Source: Gammaproteobacteria bacterium
GTDB taxonomy: Bacteria; Pseudomonadota; Gammaproteobacteria; UBA4575
Length of the DNA stretch: 64,000 nucleotides
Reading direction: 5' to 3'
Assembly: GCA_045105615.1 (NCBI GenBank)
Contig: JBGCDS010000010.1
Location: 24,452-88,451 of the forward strand
In this document: piece by piece, positions 9,205-22,372 of the stretch
Position numbering within the stretch: the stretch's first letter is position 1
How the letters are laid out: every line of letters begins with the position of its first letter
Notes under the pieces: model-generated
The model's input: the letters and a program-made list of their open reading frames with translations, nothing else
What the model was told of the DNA's origin: nothing
Database searches by the model: none
Program-made: the position numbers and the translations under genes

Positions 9205-9747
9205 TTATATCCTTAGCATTTCTGAAATTGAAAGAAGCATCATGGCATTTAACAATCTATAGCCCAAACTAATGGATATGCCTGATGATAGATTTAGATC
9301 AGCAGCATGTCTCACAATATGTCCATAGGCTATTATTATCCATATAAACATTAAGAAAAATAAAAGCCTGCCAACACTTGAAATATCTTTGACATTTTGA
9401 TCAACGATAAATACATATGAACATATCGTATGCAAAAAACCAATAACCACTCCGACACCTAAAAATGCATTGAACGTTTGATTGATACGCTCTTTTTTAC
9501 CTCGTAATATCAGCCGTGTGAAAATATATAATAGAATTAAATCCAATACGCCATGAATAGCGCCTTTTGTAAATCCATAAATAAGCAACGCATTCAATAT
9601 GGACAATCCCAAATACAGGTATATTAATATTATTCGGAACGCCTTAGATGAGGGACAATCTTGCGGCTTAGCACTTAGCAATGCCAGACGAATATAATAC
9701 TCAAGAATATATTTCATTCGCTTAGCGTATAAATTTATATATGCCAC
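9205..9747 (-). CDS. Hypothetical polytopic inner-membrane protein
   Basis: 180 aa, 4-5 hydrophobic helices. Overlaps the upstream lpxA-like gene by 26 bp. Confidence 0.45.
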   Translation of the reverse strand: MAYINLYAKRMKYILEYYIRLALLSAKPQDCPSSKAFRIILIYLYLGLSILNALLIYGFTKGAIHGVLDLILLYIFTRLILRGKKERINQTFNAFLGVGVVIGFLHTICSYVFIVDQNVKDISSVGRLLFFLMFIWIIIAYGHIVRHAADLNLSSGISISLGYRLLNAMMLLSISEMLRI

Positions 9748-10480
9748 GCTTTGATGGCGCCGCCAACCAGTCTTCTAACAGCACCAATTCCTTTGTGGTT
9801 GCTGGATAAGGCTCACAATCACCTGTGCGAATTAGGCGAATTCTTTTTTCTAGGGCCTTATATTTATCGCCCGTAATCCCCGCTCTGCGCAAACCAATTG
9901 TATTCAACTTGTAATGCGCTACCGGATCTCGCCCCAACAGACAAAATGGCAATACATCTTTTGCAACAGGCGCAAATCCGCTTACCATGGCATAGGCGCC
10001 AATACGACAAAACTGATGTATCCCTACATTACCGCCAATGATGGCTTTATCTCCTACTTCCACATGCCCACTAAGTGCTGCGTAAGCAGTAAGAATCACC
10101 TCATTACTTAACAAACAATTGTGTCCCACATGTGTATTACACATTAGATAACAACCGTTACCTATTTTAGTCAGCTCTTGATTATTATTAGCGCGATGCA
10201 CTGAGCAAAACTCTCGAAAAATATTATCATTACCAATTTCCAACCAAGTTTCTTCGCCGTGGTAGGAAATATCTTGCGGCGCACCACCAAGCACAACATG
10301 ATCAGCGACGGTATTTCGCTCACCCATGTTGACGTAAGAATGAATTATGCTATGTGCACCAATGGTAGTTCCTGAACCGATGCGCACATTAGCATGCACG
10401 ATTGAATATGGTCCGACTTCTACATCTTCTTCTAGATTTGCTGAGCTAGAGACAATTGCTGTTGTATGAATATTTGCCAT
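9722..10480 (-). CDS. LpxA-family acyl-ACP--UDP-GlcNAc O-acyltransferase paralog (left-handed beta-helix hexapeptide repeats)
   Basis: 252 aa. Hexapeptide repeats and C-terminal helical domain align with LpxA. Not in the canonical lpxD-fabZ-lpxA-lpxB context. Confidence 0.7.
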   Translation of the reverse strand: MANIHTTAIVSSSANLEEDVEVGPYSIVHANVRIGSGTTIGAHSIIHSYVNMGERNTVADHVVLGGAPQDISYHGEETWLEIGNDNIFREFCSVHRANNNQELTKIGNGCYLMCNTHVGHNCLLSNEVILTAYAALSGHVEVGDKAIIGGNVGIHQFCRIGAYAMVSGFAPVAKDVLPFCLLGRDPVAHYKLNTIGLRRAGITGDKYKALEKRIRLIRTGDCEPYPATTKELVLLEDWLAAPSKRGIYKFIR

Positions 10481-10519
10481 GCCGAATAATATCTGATTCG
10501 GCTGAAGGGGTGAAGGTGA

Positions 10520-12914
<2,395 letters not shown>

Positions 12915-12958
12915 TCAACGCAAGCGCCAATAAATATTAGTTGGATAACTTATAGTGA

Positions 12959-13738
12959 CTACGCAGTGACACTCTGCTTGGTTGCTCGCAAACCAAATAA
13001 CTGTACTTGCTCTTTGTATACTGAGATTGATTGTTTGGTGATTAAATTATGATTCTCATCTAGTAAATCACCGTTTAAAAATGCTGCTAGTCGTTGCGCA
13101 TGCTCAGCCATTATATTAAACGATTTAAGTTCATCTTCGGGACCAGGCAATTGCAATATCATGGTTAAACCGCGTGTTTCAAATGCATCCATTTCCTGCA
13201 TATCAAACACACCTGGTTTAAGCATATTAGCAACACAATAAACACTAAGCTTTTTACTCAGCCTCTCAACATTGTAATGAAATATGCCCATCTCACCATA
13301 TTCAAGATCTAGGTCTGACATCATACGAACTATCATTGGTCCGGTGAAGACTTCACCTGCTCGCGCAACTACATGAAAAATCACCAGCATTTCTTTGCTG
13401 GTTTTATCGCTGGCAGCCTGTTCGACTGATGTCGTTCTACGAGTGGCCTCCATCCGTGCACGCTGCGCCTCTTGCACTCTTTTAGAAATTGTTTCTTCGC
13501 GCAGCTCTTTGCTAACATCTTGAAACTCTGAGCGCAGATCATCTGGCAGACCCAATGTCTCGTCCACTTGAGACAATGAAGGTATATCGTCTAGCTCATC
13601 AGTCAAATCAATATCGTTTTCACTGAGCTCATCGATTTGTCTATCTTTAGAATTAGCGCGATACCATACATAAATGGCCGCAATTATCACTGCCGCAAGG
13701 ATAGCCAGCGCGATACGTAACTCAAAAGCAGATACCAT
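12959..13738 (-). CDS. zipA: Cell division protein ZipA
   Basis: 259 aa. N-terminal TM, charged linker, C-terminal FtsZ-binding domain; synteny smc-zipA-ligA. Confidence 0.8.
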   Translation of the reverse strand: MVSAFELRIALAILAAVIIAAIYVWYRANSKDRQIDELSENDIDLTDELDDIPSLSQVDETLGLPDDLRSEFQDVSKELREETISKRVQEAQRARMEATRRTTSVEQAASDKTSKEMLVIFHVVARAGEVFTGPMIVRMMSDLDLEYGEMGIFHYNVERLSKKLSVYCVANMLKPGVFDMQEMDAFETRGLTMILQLPGPEDELKSFNIMAEHAQRLAAFLNGDLLDENHNLITKQSISVYKEQVQLFGLRATKQSVTA

Positions 13739-13778
13739 ATTGCCTACCTATTTATATATTTTGATCGAAACAGCATTA

Positions 13779-16700
13779 TCACGCTGTCGCAAGTTTAACT
13801 GCTTCTTCTATATCTACTGAGACCAATCTAGACACACCAGGTTCATTCATTGTTACACCCAACATATGGTCTGCGTAACTCATGGTACTCTTATTATGAG
13901 TAATAAATACAAACTGCACATGCTTACTCATGTCTTTAATTAGATCACAGAATCGTCCGACGTTGGCATCGTCCAAAGGTGCATCGACCTCATCGAGTAG
14001 ACAGAATGGCGCAGGGTTTAATTCAAATATCGCTAGCACAAGCGCTACTGCGGTTAATGCTTTTTCACCACCTGAGAGTAGCTGGATTGAAGACACGCGC
14101 TTACCCGGTGGTCTTGCCATAATCGTGACACCTGCAGTGAGCAGATCATCGCCTGTCATTTCTAGATATGCTTTACCGCCAGGGAACAAGCGCGGATACA
14201 TTCTTTGCATATGAGAATTGACTAAATCAAAGGTCTCTTTAAAGCGCTCTTTAGTTTCTTTATCGATCTTACGGATAGCAGTCTCTAACGTTTCTAACGC
14301 TTTATTCAAATCTTCATGCTGCGAATCAAGATATTCTTTGCGTTCGCTTTGTTCTTTAAACTCATCAATGGCAGCTAGGTTTATAGAACCAAGGCGTTTA
14401 ATCTTTTCTTCAATCTCTGCAACCAGTTTTTCCCAACGATCTAATGCTGCATCTTCTGCTAACTCATTTGTCAGTTCTTCCATCGTCCAATCAAACTGAT
14501 CTAACTGCTCTTTAATTGTTTGTACACGAACTTTTAGTTCCTGCCACTTCATACGCTGCAGATTTAAAGCTTCACGTTGCTCTCCAATCTTATTATCGGC
14601 ACTGACACGCTGCTCATCTTTTTCTCGAATCGTTGTGTCTACTTTTTCCAAACTGGCTCTTGACTCAGCAAGTCTCTGTTCGACTAACAGCCTGCTTTCC
14701 AATTTATTTTTTAACGTTTCGGAGAATTCTTGAATAGGTTGATCACTTTCTGCAATTGCTTCAGCTAAATGCTCAAGACGAAGATTGCCTTCCGACTGCT
14801 CCATCTGCAGACGACTAAAAATTGATTTAGAAGTAGCTGAACGCGTACGAAGGGCTTCAATTTCCAACTGTAGTGAATGCTTTCGCTCTTGTAATTGAGT
14901 TGCCTGCTCTTTACGTTCATTAAACTCAAAAACAACTTCCTCTTTACGTCCAAGCAGTTGATCTTTACGCACTTGCAAAGAATTTAAATTAACCTGCGCG
15001 ACCTCATAGCTTTTTGTCGCCGCTTGCTTCTGACTAGAATAATCATGCAGCTGAGAGGTTACCTCTTCAACAGAATTACGTAACTGCGTATCACGATGCT
15101 GCCAATGCTTGATTGCAGCTTGGCTCTTGGACAACTCTGACTGAATCTCTGCATGCTGCTGGAATGCCAAGTTATGCGCCTGCTGAGCATCTTCGCGTTG
15201 TTGCTCTTGATCAGACAACTGCTCTAGTGCATTTTGATGCTGCTCAGAAATAACCGCGATCACTTCATTAATCTGACCCAATTGCTCTGTCAGATCTACA
15301 ATATCTGCTTTTCGACTTAATACACCATCATTTCCATTTTCAGTATTAGAGTAACGCACCCATGTGGCGCTCAACCAAAGTCCATCAGCAGTAATCACTG
15401 ACTCGCCATCTTGAAGTTGTTTGCGAATAACTAATGCTTGATTTAGATTGTCAGCTACGAGAATTTTTTGTAATTCTGCTTTTATACCCAAACTAGATTT
15501 TATCTTACTAGCAAGCGTATTTGATGATGCCTGTATATCTTGAACAGTATTTGCTTCAAAAAACATCACATGTCCTTCTTGCAATTCATCTAATTGCAAC
15601 GCAATTTGATCTAGATCCGAGGTGCAAATCGCTTCAAGGTAACCATCTAATACTGTTTCGACTGCACGCTCCCAACCTGCTTCCACTTCAACCTGGTCAG
15701 CAAGTCTTGGCGCACGATCCAAATGTTTATCGCTAATCCATTGCTGCAGTTGTTGCTGTTCGCCTTTTAAAGCAGCATCCTGCAGTGCTTGCAAGGTGGA
15801 TAATTCGCTTTTGATCTGTTGATTTTCAGCTTTACTATCCTCAAGCTGCATAGACAGATCTTCGATTCTTCCGCGTGACTGAGTAATATTTTCAATGGAT
15901 TGCTCGAGCATACGCTTACAATCACTCACAGCTTCCGCGCGCGCTTCTAAACGTTTTTGAATGGAGTCGAGATCGAACTCATGCTCACTTTGAAGCAACT
16001 CGTTGTGTTCTGATTGATATCGTTGCTGTCGCTCTTGCAAGCGATTCATTTCTTGACCTAAAAATTCGATACGCTGCGAATGCGCCTGTACTTGATGACT
16101 TGGCTCGTTCGCTTCATGCATGAGTTCTTCCCATGCTTCACGCCATAATATCTCTGCGGTTTCAGCGCTAGATACTGCTTCGCCGACTTCAACATATTGC
16201 TCATTAAGCGACTCAAGCTCAGCCTGCATAGTTTGCATTTGCTGCTCAAATTCCTGCTGCGCATCATCCTGTTTCGCCAACTCTTCAACTAACGAGTCTA
16301 AATTTGATTTGGTTTTTTCCAAGTCACTTTCATGGCGTTGCTTAGTTTCGCTAGCATGTTGAATAGACTGTTCTAAGCGAGAAATATCTGCACCTACTTG
16401 ATAGTATTCGCCCTGTACTTTATTCATTGAGTCATTAGCTGAACTATGCTCTTGGCGCAACTGCTCCAACTCAGCTTCTAGTGTGCGCAAGTGAGCAATC
16501 GTTTCTTCTAGCTTTGTTTCTTTATGTTCAACGTTCTTATGTTGCTCATCCAGCTCTGTATGCATAGATTGCATACGCAACAATAATAATTCTGCATTAG
16601 AACGTCGCTCTTCAGACTTTAATTGCTTATATTTTTCTGCGGCAGAGGCTTGGCGCTTCAACTTTGCAATTTGCTTAGCTACTTCTTCGATCAAATCATT

Positions 16701-17279
16701 TAACCGATCTAAATTCTCGCGCGTATGACGAATTCTATTTTCTGTTTCACGACGTCGCTCTTTATATTTTGATATGCCGGCCGCTTCTTCTAAATGCGCA
16801 CGCATTTCTTCAGGTTTAGCATCTATTAAACGCGATATTGTTCCCTGCTCGATAATGGCATAACTACGTGGACCTAAGCCGGTACCCAAGAAAATATCTG
16901 AGATATCACGGCGACGGCAATGGGTGCCATTTAAAAAATACTTAGATTGGCCATCTCGAGTGACTTGACGACGAATCGCTATCTCACTATACGAGGCATA
17001 TTGGCCACCGGCTTTACCTTGAGCATTGTCGAATACTAGCTCGACGCTGGCTTGACCCACCGGCTTACGATTACTAGAGCCTTTGAAAATAACGTCTTCT
17101 AAGGTGTCACCGCGTATGTTTTTTGAGCTAGCGCCCATCACCCAGCGAATAGCATCAACTATATTGGATTTTCCACAGCCGTTTGGACCGACGATTCCCA
17201 CCATATCACTAGGGAATAGGAAGTCTGTTGAGTCGACAAAGGACTTAAAACCAGACATTTTTATTTTACGAAGACGCAT
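13779..17279 (-). CDS. smc: Chromosome segregation protein SMC
   Basis: 1166 aa. N-terminal Walker A GPNGCGKSN, long coiled coils, hinge, C-terminal LSGGEK signature and Walker B DEVDAPLD. Confidence 0.9.
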   Translation of the reverse strand: MRLRKIKMSGFKSFVDSTDFLFPSDMVGIVGPNGCGKSNIVDAIRWVMGASSKNIRGDTLEDVIFKGSSNRKPVGQASVELVFDNAQGKAGGQYASYSEIAIRRQVTRDGQSKYFLNGTHCRRRDISDIFLGTGLGPRSYAIIEQGTISRLIDAKPEEMRAHLEEAAGISKYKERRRETENRIRHTRENLDRLNDLIEEVAKQIAKLKRQASAAEKYKQLKSEERRSNAELLLLRMQSMHTELDEQHKNVEHKETKLEETIAHLRTLEAELEQLRQEHSSANDSMNKVQGEYYQVGADISRLEQSIQHASETKQRHESDLEKTKSNLDSLVEELAKQDDAQQEFEQQMQTMQAELESLNEQYVEVGEAVSSAETAEILWREAWEELMHEANEPSHQVQAHSQRIEFLGQEMNRLQERQQRYQSEHNELLQSEHEFDLDSIQKRLEARAEAVSDCKRMLEQSIENITQSRGRIEDLSMQLEDSKAENQQIKSELSTLQALQDAALKGEQQQLQQWISDKHLDRAPRLADQVEVEAGWERAVETVLDGYLEAICTSDLDQIALQLDELQEGHVMFFEANTVQDIQASSNTLASKIKSSLGIKAELQKILVADNLNQALVIRKQLQDGESVITADGLWLSATWVRYSNTENGNDGVLSRKADIVDLTEQLGQINEVIAVISEQHQNALEQLSDQEQQREDAQQAHNLAFQQHAEIQSELSKSQAAIKHWQHRDTQLRNSVEEVTSQLHDYSSQKQAATKSYEVAQVNLNSLQVRKDQLLGRKEEVVFEFNERKEQATQLQERKHSLQLEIEALRTRSATSKSIFSRLQMEQSEGNLRLEHLAEAIAESDQPIQEFSETLKNKLESRLLVEQRLAESRASLEKVDTTIREKDEQRVSADNKIGEQREALNLQRMKWQELKVRVQTIKEQLDQFDWTMEELTNELAEDAALDRWEKLVAEIEEKIKRLGSINLAAIDEFKEQSERKEYLDSQHEDLNKALETLETAIRKIDKETKERFKETFDLVNSHMQRMYPRLFPGGKAYLEMTGDDLLTAGVTIMARPPGKRVSSIQLLSGGEKALTAVALVLAIFELNPAPFCLLDEVDAPLDDANVGRFCDLIKDMSKHVQFVFITHNKSTMSYADHMLGVTMNEPGVSRLVSVDIEEAVKLATA

Positions 17280-17353
17280 AGGTTAATATCCAGTAAAATA
17301 ACAGCTAGTTATAGCAAGTTGTTGAGAATCTAAAACCAAAAGATTATGTAAAT

Positions 17354-17746
17354 ATGTCAAAAAATATTCCAGAAAATATATTAGATACGTTTGAAAATCC
17401 CGAACCAGGAAATGATTATACCATCCGAATCACTACACCTGAATTTACTTGTCTGTGTCCGCTCACAGGACAACCAGACTTCGCACAATTACGCTTAGAG
17501 TATATACCCGACCAACTATGCGTTGAACTTAAGTCTTATAAATTATACATGGTGTCGTTCAGGGATACAGCCGCTTTTCACGAAGCAATAACAAATCAAA
17601 TTTTAAATTCATTATCTTCTTTAACCGCGCCTCGCTTTATGCGCTTAACTGCAGAATGGAATGTGCGCGGAGGGATTTATACACAAGTCGTCGTTGAGCA
17701 TCGCAAACCAGGCTGGCAAACAGCAACAGCTGTTCAATTGCCTTAA
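17354..17746 (+). CDS. queF: NADPH-dependent 7-cyano-7-deazaguanine reductase (unimodular type)
   Basis: 130 aa. Catalytic Cys in [14 protein letters not shown] and QueF motif region. Confidence 0.85.
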   Translation: MSKNIPENILDTFENPEPGNDYTIRITTPEFTCLCPLTGQPDFAQLRLEYIPDQLCVELKSYKLYMVSFRDTAAFHEAITNQILNSLSSLTAPRFMRLTAEWNVRGGIYTQVVVEHRKPGWQTATAVQLP

Positions 17747-17770
17747 GCAAGTTATCTCATAAGGTACTGT

Positions 17771-18493
17771 ATGTTTAGGGGTGTAAGTTTTTTCTTTGCT
17801 GGCTTTAAATTAATTTTTAGCCATGGAATAAAACGCTTCGTGCTCATTCCATTAGCTATCAACATTTGCATTTTTGCATTTGGCTTCTGGTTTGGCATGG
17901 AATGGTTCGATCAATTCCTAGAAAATGTGCTTCCATCATGGTTAGCCTGGGCAGAATTCATACTATGGCCAATATTTGCACTCAGCTATTTCCTCGTCAT
18001 GTTTTATTTGTTCACATTATTAGCAAATATTATCGCCGCACCATTCAATGGTCTTCTTGCTGAAAGAGTTGAACAACAATTACGCGGCCAATCCAGCCGA
18101 CAAAATCAGTCAACAATCAAACAATTACTTAAGGAGCTACCAAGAACGGTCGGCAGCGAGATCAACAAACTATTTTATTTCTTGTTGCGCTCATTACCAT
18201 TATTAATTTTATTTTTAATTCCAGGCGTCAACATCATTGCCCCTGTGGTTTGGTTTTTATTTTCTGCGTGGATGCTAAGTCTTGAATACTTGGATTACCC
18301 GCTTGGCAATCACGGCATTTTATTCAAGCAAACAAGAAACCTTGCCAAACAACAACGCACACGCTGCTTAAGTTTTGGCGCTTTGGTGAGTGCATTCACT
18401 ATGATTCCGATATTGAACTTTATAGTCATGCCAGTTGCTGTTGCAGGCGCTACAGCACTATACGTAGACTCAATGTCAGAGATAGATACTTAA
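17771..18493 (+). CDS. cysZ: Sulfate transporter CysZ family membrane protein
   Basis: 240 aa, 4 TM. N-terminus FFFAGFKLIFS...IPL typical of CysZ. Confidence 0.7.
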   Translation: MFRGVSFFFAGFKLIFSHGIKRFVLIPLAINICIFAFGFWFGMEWFDQFLENVLPSWLAWAEFILWPIFALSYFLVMFYLFTLLANIIAAPFNGLLAERVEQQLRGQSSRQNQSTIKQLLKELPRTVGSEINKLFYFLLRSLPLLILFLIPGVNIIAPVVWFLFSAWMLSLEYLDYPLGNHGILFKQTRNLAKQQRTRCLSFGALVSAFTMIPILNFIVMPVAVAGATALYVDSMSEIDT

Positions 18494-18501
18494 AAATAAT
18501 A

Positions 18502-19647
18502 TCAGCTGTTTAAAAATTCTGACAATCTTTGCATACCTATACTGATGCGTTCGTCGCTAGTCGTATAGGCAAACCTTACATATTGATTTGCTTGATACTG
18601 GCCAAAATCACAGCCCGGCGTAATCGCTACCGCTTTACTTTCTAGCAGTTCTCTACAAAACAAAAAGCTATCGTTACTGTATTTGCTTATATCCGCATAC
18701 ACATAAAATGCACCTTGAGGCATAACCGGTACATTAATATCTAACTTACTAAGCGCGTCACATAACAAATCTCTGCGTCGCTTAAACATTTCTCTACGCT
18801 GTTCGACTATTTCCCTAGTCTCTTCTGAAAACGCCGCCAACGCAGCATGCTGTGAGACTGTAGACGTTGCTAGATAGGTATTTTGCGCAATCACATCTAA
18901 ACTATTCATATATTTCATTGGCGCAACTGCCCAACCTGCACGCCAACCCGTCATACCAAAATATTTTGAAAAACTATTTATTACAATAATATTGTCTCGC
19001 AGACCTGCAACCGTCTCACTCTCGATATCGTAGGTAAGCCCTTGATAAATTTCATCAACAATAAGACATTTATTTTTCAATGCCAAATAATCTGCCATTT
19101 CTAATAGCTGAGCCTGCTTACACACAGTACCTGTAGGATTTGATGGGGTAGCAACTAGCACTGCAGCTATATCGTCTTGCCAATTTTCTTCAACTAAGCG
19201 AGCATTAAGTTGAAAATCTGTTTCGCTATTTACCGACACTGCAATCACCTCACTCCCCATCAACTTTGTCACATTGCGATTACATGGATAAGTTGGATCA
19301 CAGATCATTAATTTTTCACCCGCATTCAATACATATGAAAGTGTTAATTGCAAAGCACCTGATGCACCCGGGGTAACGATAATTTGCTCTGGCTGAACGT
19401 TCACACAAAAGCGCTTGTTATAATATTCACTAATAGCTCTGCGTAACTCGAACAAACCTAAGGCCGAAGTATATTGAGTCAGCTGATTTTGAATAGCAGC
19501 GATGCCAGCATTGGCAATGGTTTGTGGTGTTGGGAAATCAGGCTCACCTATTTCCATATGCACTACATCTCTACCCTGCGCTTCCATCTGTTTGCAGCGC
19601 GCAAGAATATCCATAACATGGAAGGGTGCTATATCTAATTTATTCAT
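18502..19647 (-). CDS. Pyridoxal-phosphate-dependent class I/II aminotransferase. Start placed at the internal ATG (MNKLDIA); the track ORF extends to 19692 with a non-ATG start
   Basis: Aminotransferase fold motifs, SFSKYFGMTGWRAGW (PLP lysine region). Confidence 0.8.
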   Translation of the reverse strand: MNKLDIAPFHVMDILARCKQMEAQGRDVVHMEIGEPDFPTPQTIANAGIAAIQNQLTQYTSALGLFELRRAISEYYNKRFCVNVQPEQIIVTPGASGALQLTLSYVLNAGEKLMICDPTYPCNRNVTKLMGSEVIAVSVNSETDFQLNARLVEENWQDDIAAVLVATPSNPTGTVCKQAQLLEMADYLALKNKCLIVDEIYQGLTYDIESETVAGLRDNIIVINSFSKYFGMTGWRAGWAVAPMKYMNSLDVIAQNTYLATSTVSQHAALAAFSEETREIVEQRREMFKRRRDLLCDALSKLDINVPVMPQGAFYVYADISKYSNDSFLFCRELLESKAVAITPGCDFGQYQANQYVRFAYTTSDERISIGMQRLSEFLNS

Positions 19648-19704
19648 CACTAACGATATCCTAACTGACAAATAGATTGTTAGCGGAAACACTCAACTGA
19701 ATTG

Positions 19705-21099
19705 CTATTTACGCTTATAAAAGCTCATCATCCTTTCACGCTTACGCTGCTGCCTAGGCGTCAAAGTATTGTGCTTACCAGCATAGGGGTTTTCTGGCGT
19801 TCGAAATAGAAAGCGAATTGGTGTTCCTACCAATTTAAGTTTGTTACGGAAAAAATTCTCCAGATAACGTATGTACGATTGCGGCAATCTACTTGTTTGC
19901 GAACCATAAACTACAAAAGTGGGGGGATGCGATCCACCTTGATGAGTGTAACGCAGCTTAATTCTTCTACCTTTCACTAATGGAGGTGCATTTGCCTCTA
20001 CAGCCTGCTCTAACAATTTATTAGCATCAGATGTAGTCAGATCAACAGAAGCAGACTGATTAGCTACAATCACTGAGTTCATTAACTTTTTCAAGCCGAT
20101 TTTTTTCTCTGCTGAAATTTTTATTTTTTCAACATAGGCTAAATATTGATATTTAGTATCTAGCGCATAGTTCAGCATGTGATAGTCATCTTTGCTCGCA
20201 CTATCTGTTTTATTAAGCGCTAACACAATTGCGCGACCTTGACGCAGAGCAATCTCTAACAGGGTGCTATCTTGGTCAGCCATACCTTCCATAACATCGA
20301 CCATGCATATCACGACATGGGCAGATGAAATTGCATCTAGCGTTTGAACTATACTGTATTTTTCAACCGCTTCGCGTACTTTGCTTTTACGTCTGACACC
20401 TGCTGTATCTATCAAGGTGAATTGATGCTGATTGAATTCGAATGGAATTCTTACACTATCTCGCGTGGTCCCAGGCACTGATGACGTCACGAGACGGTCT
20501 TCTTTTATCAGTGCATTTATTAATGTTGACTTACCTGCGTTAGGACGGCCAATAATAGCGATACGTGTTGCTTGATCCTGCTCATCCTCTTCTTCAGATT
20601 CATCCTCTTCAGGCAAATCCTTAAACAAATCTTCTATCATGGACTCGATACCACGCCCTTGCTTTGCAGCAATCGGATATAATTTAGGTGCGCCAATCTG
20701 GTGGAAATCACCTGCAGCAATATCTGCATCAACACCGTCAATTTTATTCACTACTAAAACGTATTCTATATTGCGCTTGCGCAACATCGACACAATGGCA
20801 TGATCTTCAGGCATCAAGCCATCTCTGGCATCCACTAAATGCAAAACAAAGTTTGCTTCTTCAATCGCATAATCTGTTTGCGATTGCATACCGACTTCTA
20901 TTTCATCCTGCTCATCAACAATGCCGCCGGTGTCAATCAATACAAAAGACTTATTATATCGCTCACAGATGCCATATTTTCTATCACGTGTTAAACCTGG
21001 ATAGTCAGCCACCAACGCATCTCTAGACTTGGTCAAGAAATTAAATAATGTTGATTTGCCGACATTAGGTCGACCGATTAGAGCAATGACAGGACGCAT
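19705..21099 (-). CDS. der: Ribosome biogenesis GTPase Der (EngA), two GTPase domains plus KH-like domain
   Basis: 464 aa. Two G1 motifs GRPNVGKST and GRPNAGKST. Confidence 0.9.
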   Translation of the reverse strand: MRPVIALIGRPNVGKSTLFNFLTKSRDALVADYPGLTRDRKYGICERYNKSFVLIDTGGIVDEQDEIEVGMQSQTDYAIEEANFVLHLVDARDGLMPEDHAIVSMLRKRNIEYVLVVNKIDGVDADIAAGDFHQIGAPKLYPIAAKQGRGIESMIEDLFKDLPEEDESEEEDEQDQATRIAIIGRPNAGKSTLINALIKEDRLVTSSVPGTTRDSVRIPFEFNQHQFTLIDTAGVRRKSKVREAVEKYSIVQTLDAISSAHVVICMVDVMEGMADQDSTLLEIALRQGRAIVLALNKTDSASKDDYHMLNYALDTKYQYLAYVEKIKISAEKKIGLKKLMNSVIVANQSASVDLTTSDANKLLEQAVEANAPPLVKGRRIKLRYTHQGGSHPPTFVVYGSQTSRLPQSYIRYLENFFRNKLKLVGTPIRFLFRTPENPYAGKHNTLTPRQQRKRERMMSFYKRK

Positions 21100-21169
21100 A
21101 ATTATAGAGTCAGCAAACCGAATACGATTTCGAATTTAGCTATTCAAGTAGTCTCTTGTGATTTCTGCG

Positions 21170-22360
21170 TTAATTAGCAGAGATAATTGAGTAAGAAGCT
21201 AGGCGACCGCTAACATCAATAATGTATGCAGTCGTGTTCGTCGACACATGAGAAGTCTGGATTGGTGTTTTACCAAGCTTAGCACGACCAATAATGCGCC
21301 CATCTTGTTTTGATAAGGCATGAATAAAACCCTGATAGTCACCCACCAATATCGCATTACTCTGTACTACTGGTGCTGAAAGTTGTCGATATAAGAATTT
21401 ATCCTGCTTCCAAGAGCTTACTCCAGTCTCTTTTTCTAATGCCCAAACATTATCATCTTTATCCGTGACGTAGACCAAAGCATCGTCTATCGATACTCCC
21501 GAGATGGATGCTAAGTCTCGCGCCCATCTAATCTGTCCATTATCACGGCTAATCGAGACTACACGCCCATGAAAACTAGCTGCATAAACAAAATTATCAT
21601 CTAATGCTATTTGGCCATCAACATCGACCAAGCGTTCTAACTCGCTTCTACCTGAAGGCACAGACACTCTCGCCTCCCAGATAACATTGCCACTTTGCGT
21701 GGATATCGCAATCACTTTGCCGTTATCCATACCTGCATAGATAACGCCATCACGCACTATTGGCACACTAGCACCGCGCAATGTTAATGCAGGGGGTGTT
21801 TGTGTCACAGTCCATAATTTTTCGCCTGTACTAATAGACAAGCCTAAAATGCGATTATCGTTCGTCCTCAATACCGCAAGGTCATTATTAGTATGCGCAA
21901 TTGAAACGACTTCGCTAGCAACATTAGTTGACCAAGCTTCTGTGCCATCCCGACTATTGATTGCAGCTACCACACCGTCGCGTGTTCCCACTACCAAATA
22001 CTGCGCATTACCACCTACACCAGCAGAAACTAAGCCTTCCACCTTACTCGACACGACAACACGACCACTATCTAATTCATGCACAGATACATTGCCACCT
22101 GTCTGCGTAAAAGCAATTTTATCATCGAGCAGATGCGGCTTAAGCTGTATAAAATTCTCTTCTGCTTCACCACCAAGAGACGCCTGCCAGTTTTGATGGA
22201 TACTCACTTCAGAATCAAAATCACTTAATTCTTCTGGCTCACGAAGCTCTATTTCAACTTCCTCATCGTCACCAAACCAAGGAATATAACTGCATGCAGA
22301 CATACCTGCTGTCATAGCAAGTAACATGAATGTTGTTACTAAACGAGATTTATTCTTCAT
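21170..22360 (-). CDS. bamB: Outer membrane protein assembly factor BamB (PQQ beta-propeller lipoprotein)
   Basis: 396 aa. Lipobox (MSAC); repeated propeller blades; synteny yfgM-bamB-der. Confidence 0.85.
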   Translation of the reverse strand: MKNKSRLVTTFMLLAMTAGMSACSYIPWFGDDEEVEIELREPEELSDFDSEVSIHQNWQASLGGEAEENFIQLKPHLLDDKIAFTQTGGNVSVHELDSGRVVVSSKVEGLVSAGVGGNAQYLVVGTRDGVVAAINSRDGTEAWSTNVASEVVSIAHTNNDLAVLRTNDNRILGLSISTGEKLWTVTQTPPALTLRGASVPIVRDGVIYAGMDNGKVIAISTQSGNVIWEARVSVPSGRSELERLVDVDGQIALDDNFVYAASFHGRVVSISRDNGQIRWARDLASISGVSIDDALVYVTDKDDNVWALEKETGVSSWKQDKFLYRQLSAPVVQSNAILVGDYQGFIHALSKQDGRIIGRAKLGKTPIQTSHVSTNTTAYIIDVSGRLASYSIISAN

Positions 22361-22372
22361 TCAATATAACCT

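Noticed and set aside
13930-16362. Multiple short ORFs on both strands within smc
   Set aside because: Antisense or out-of-frame shadows of the 1166-aa SMC coiled-coil gene.
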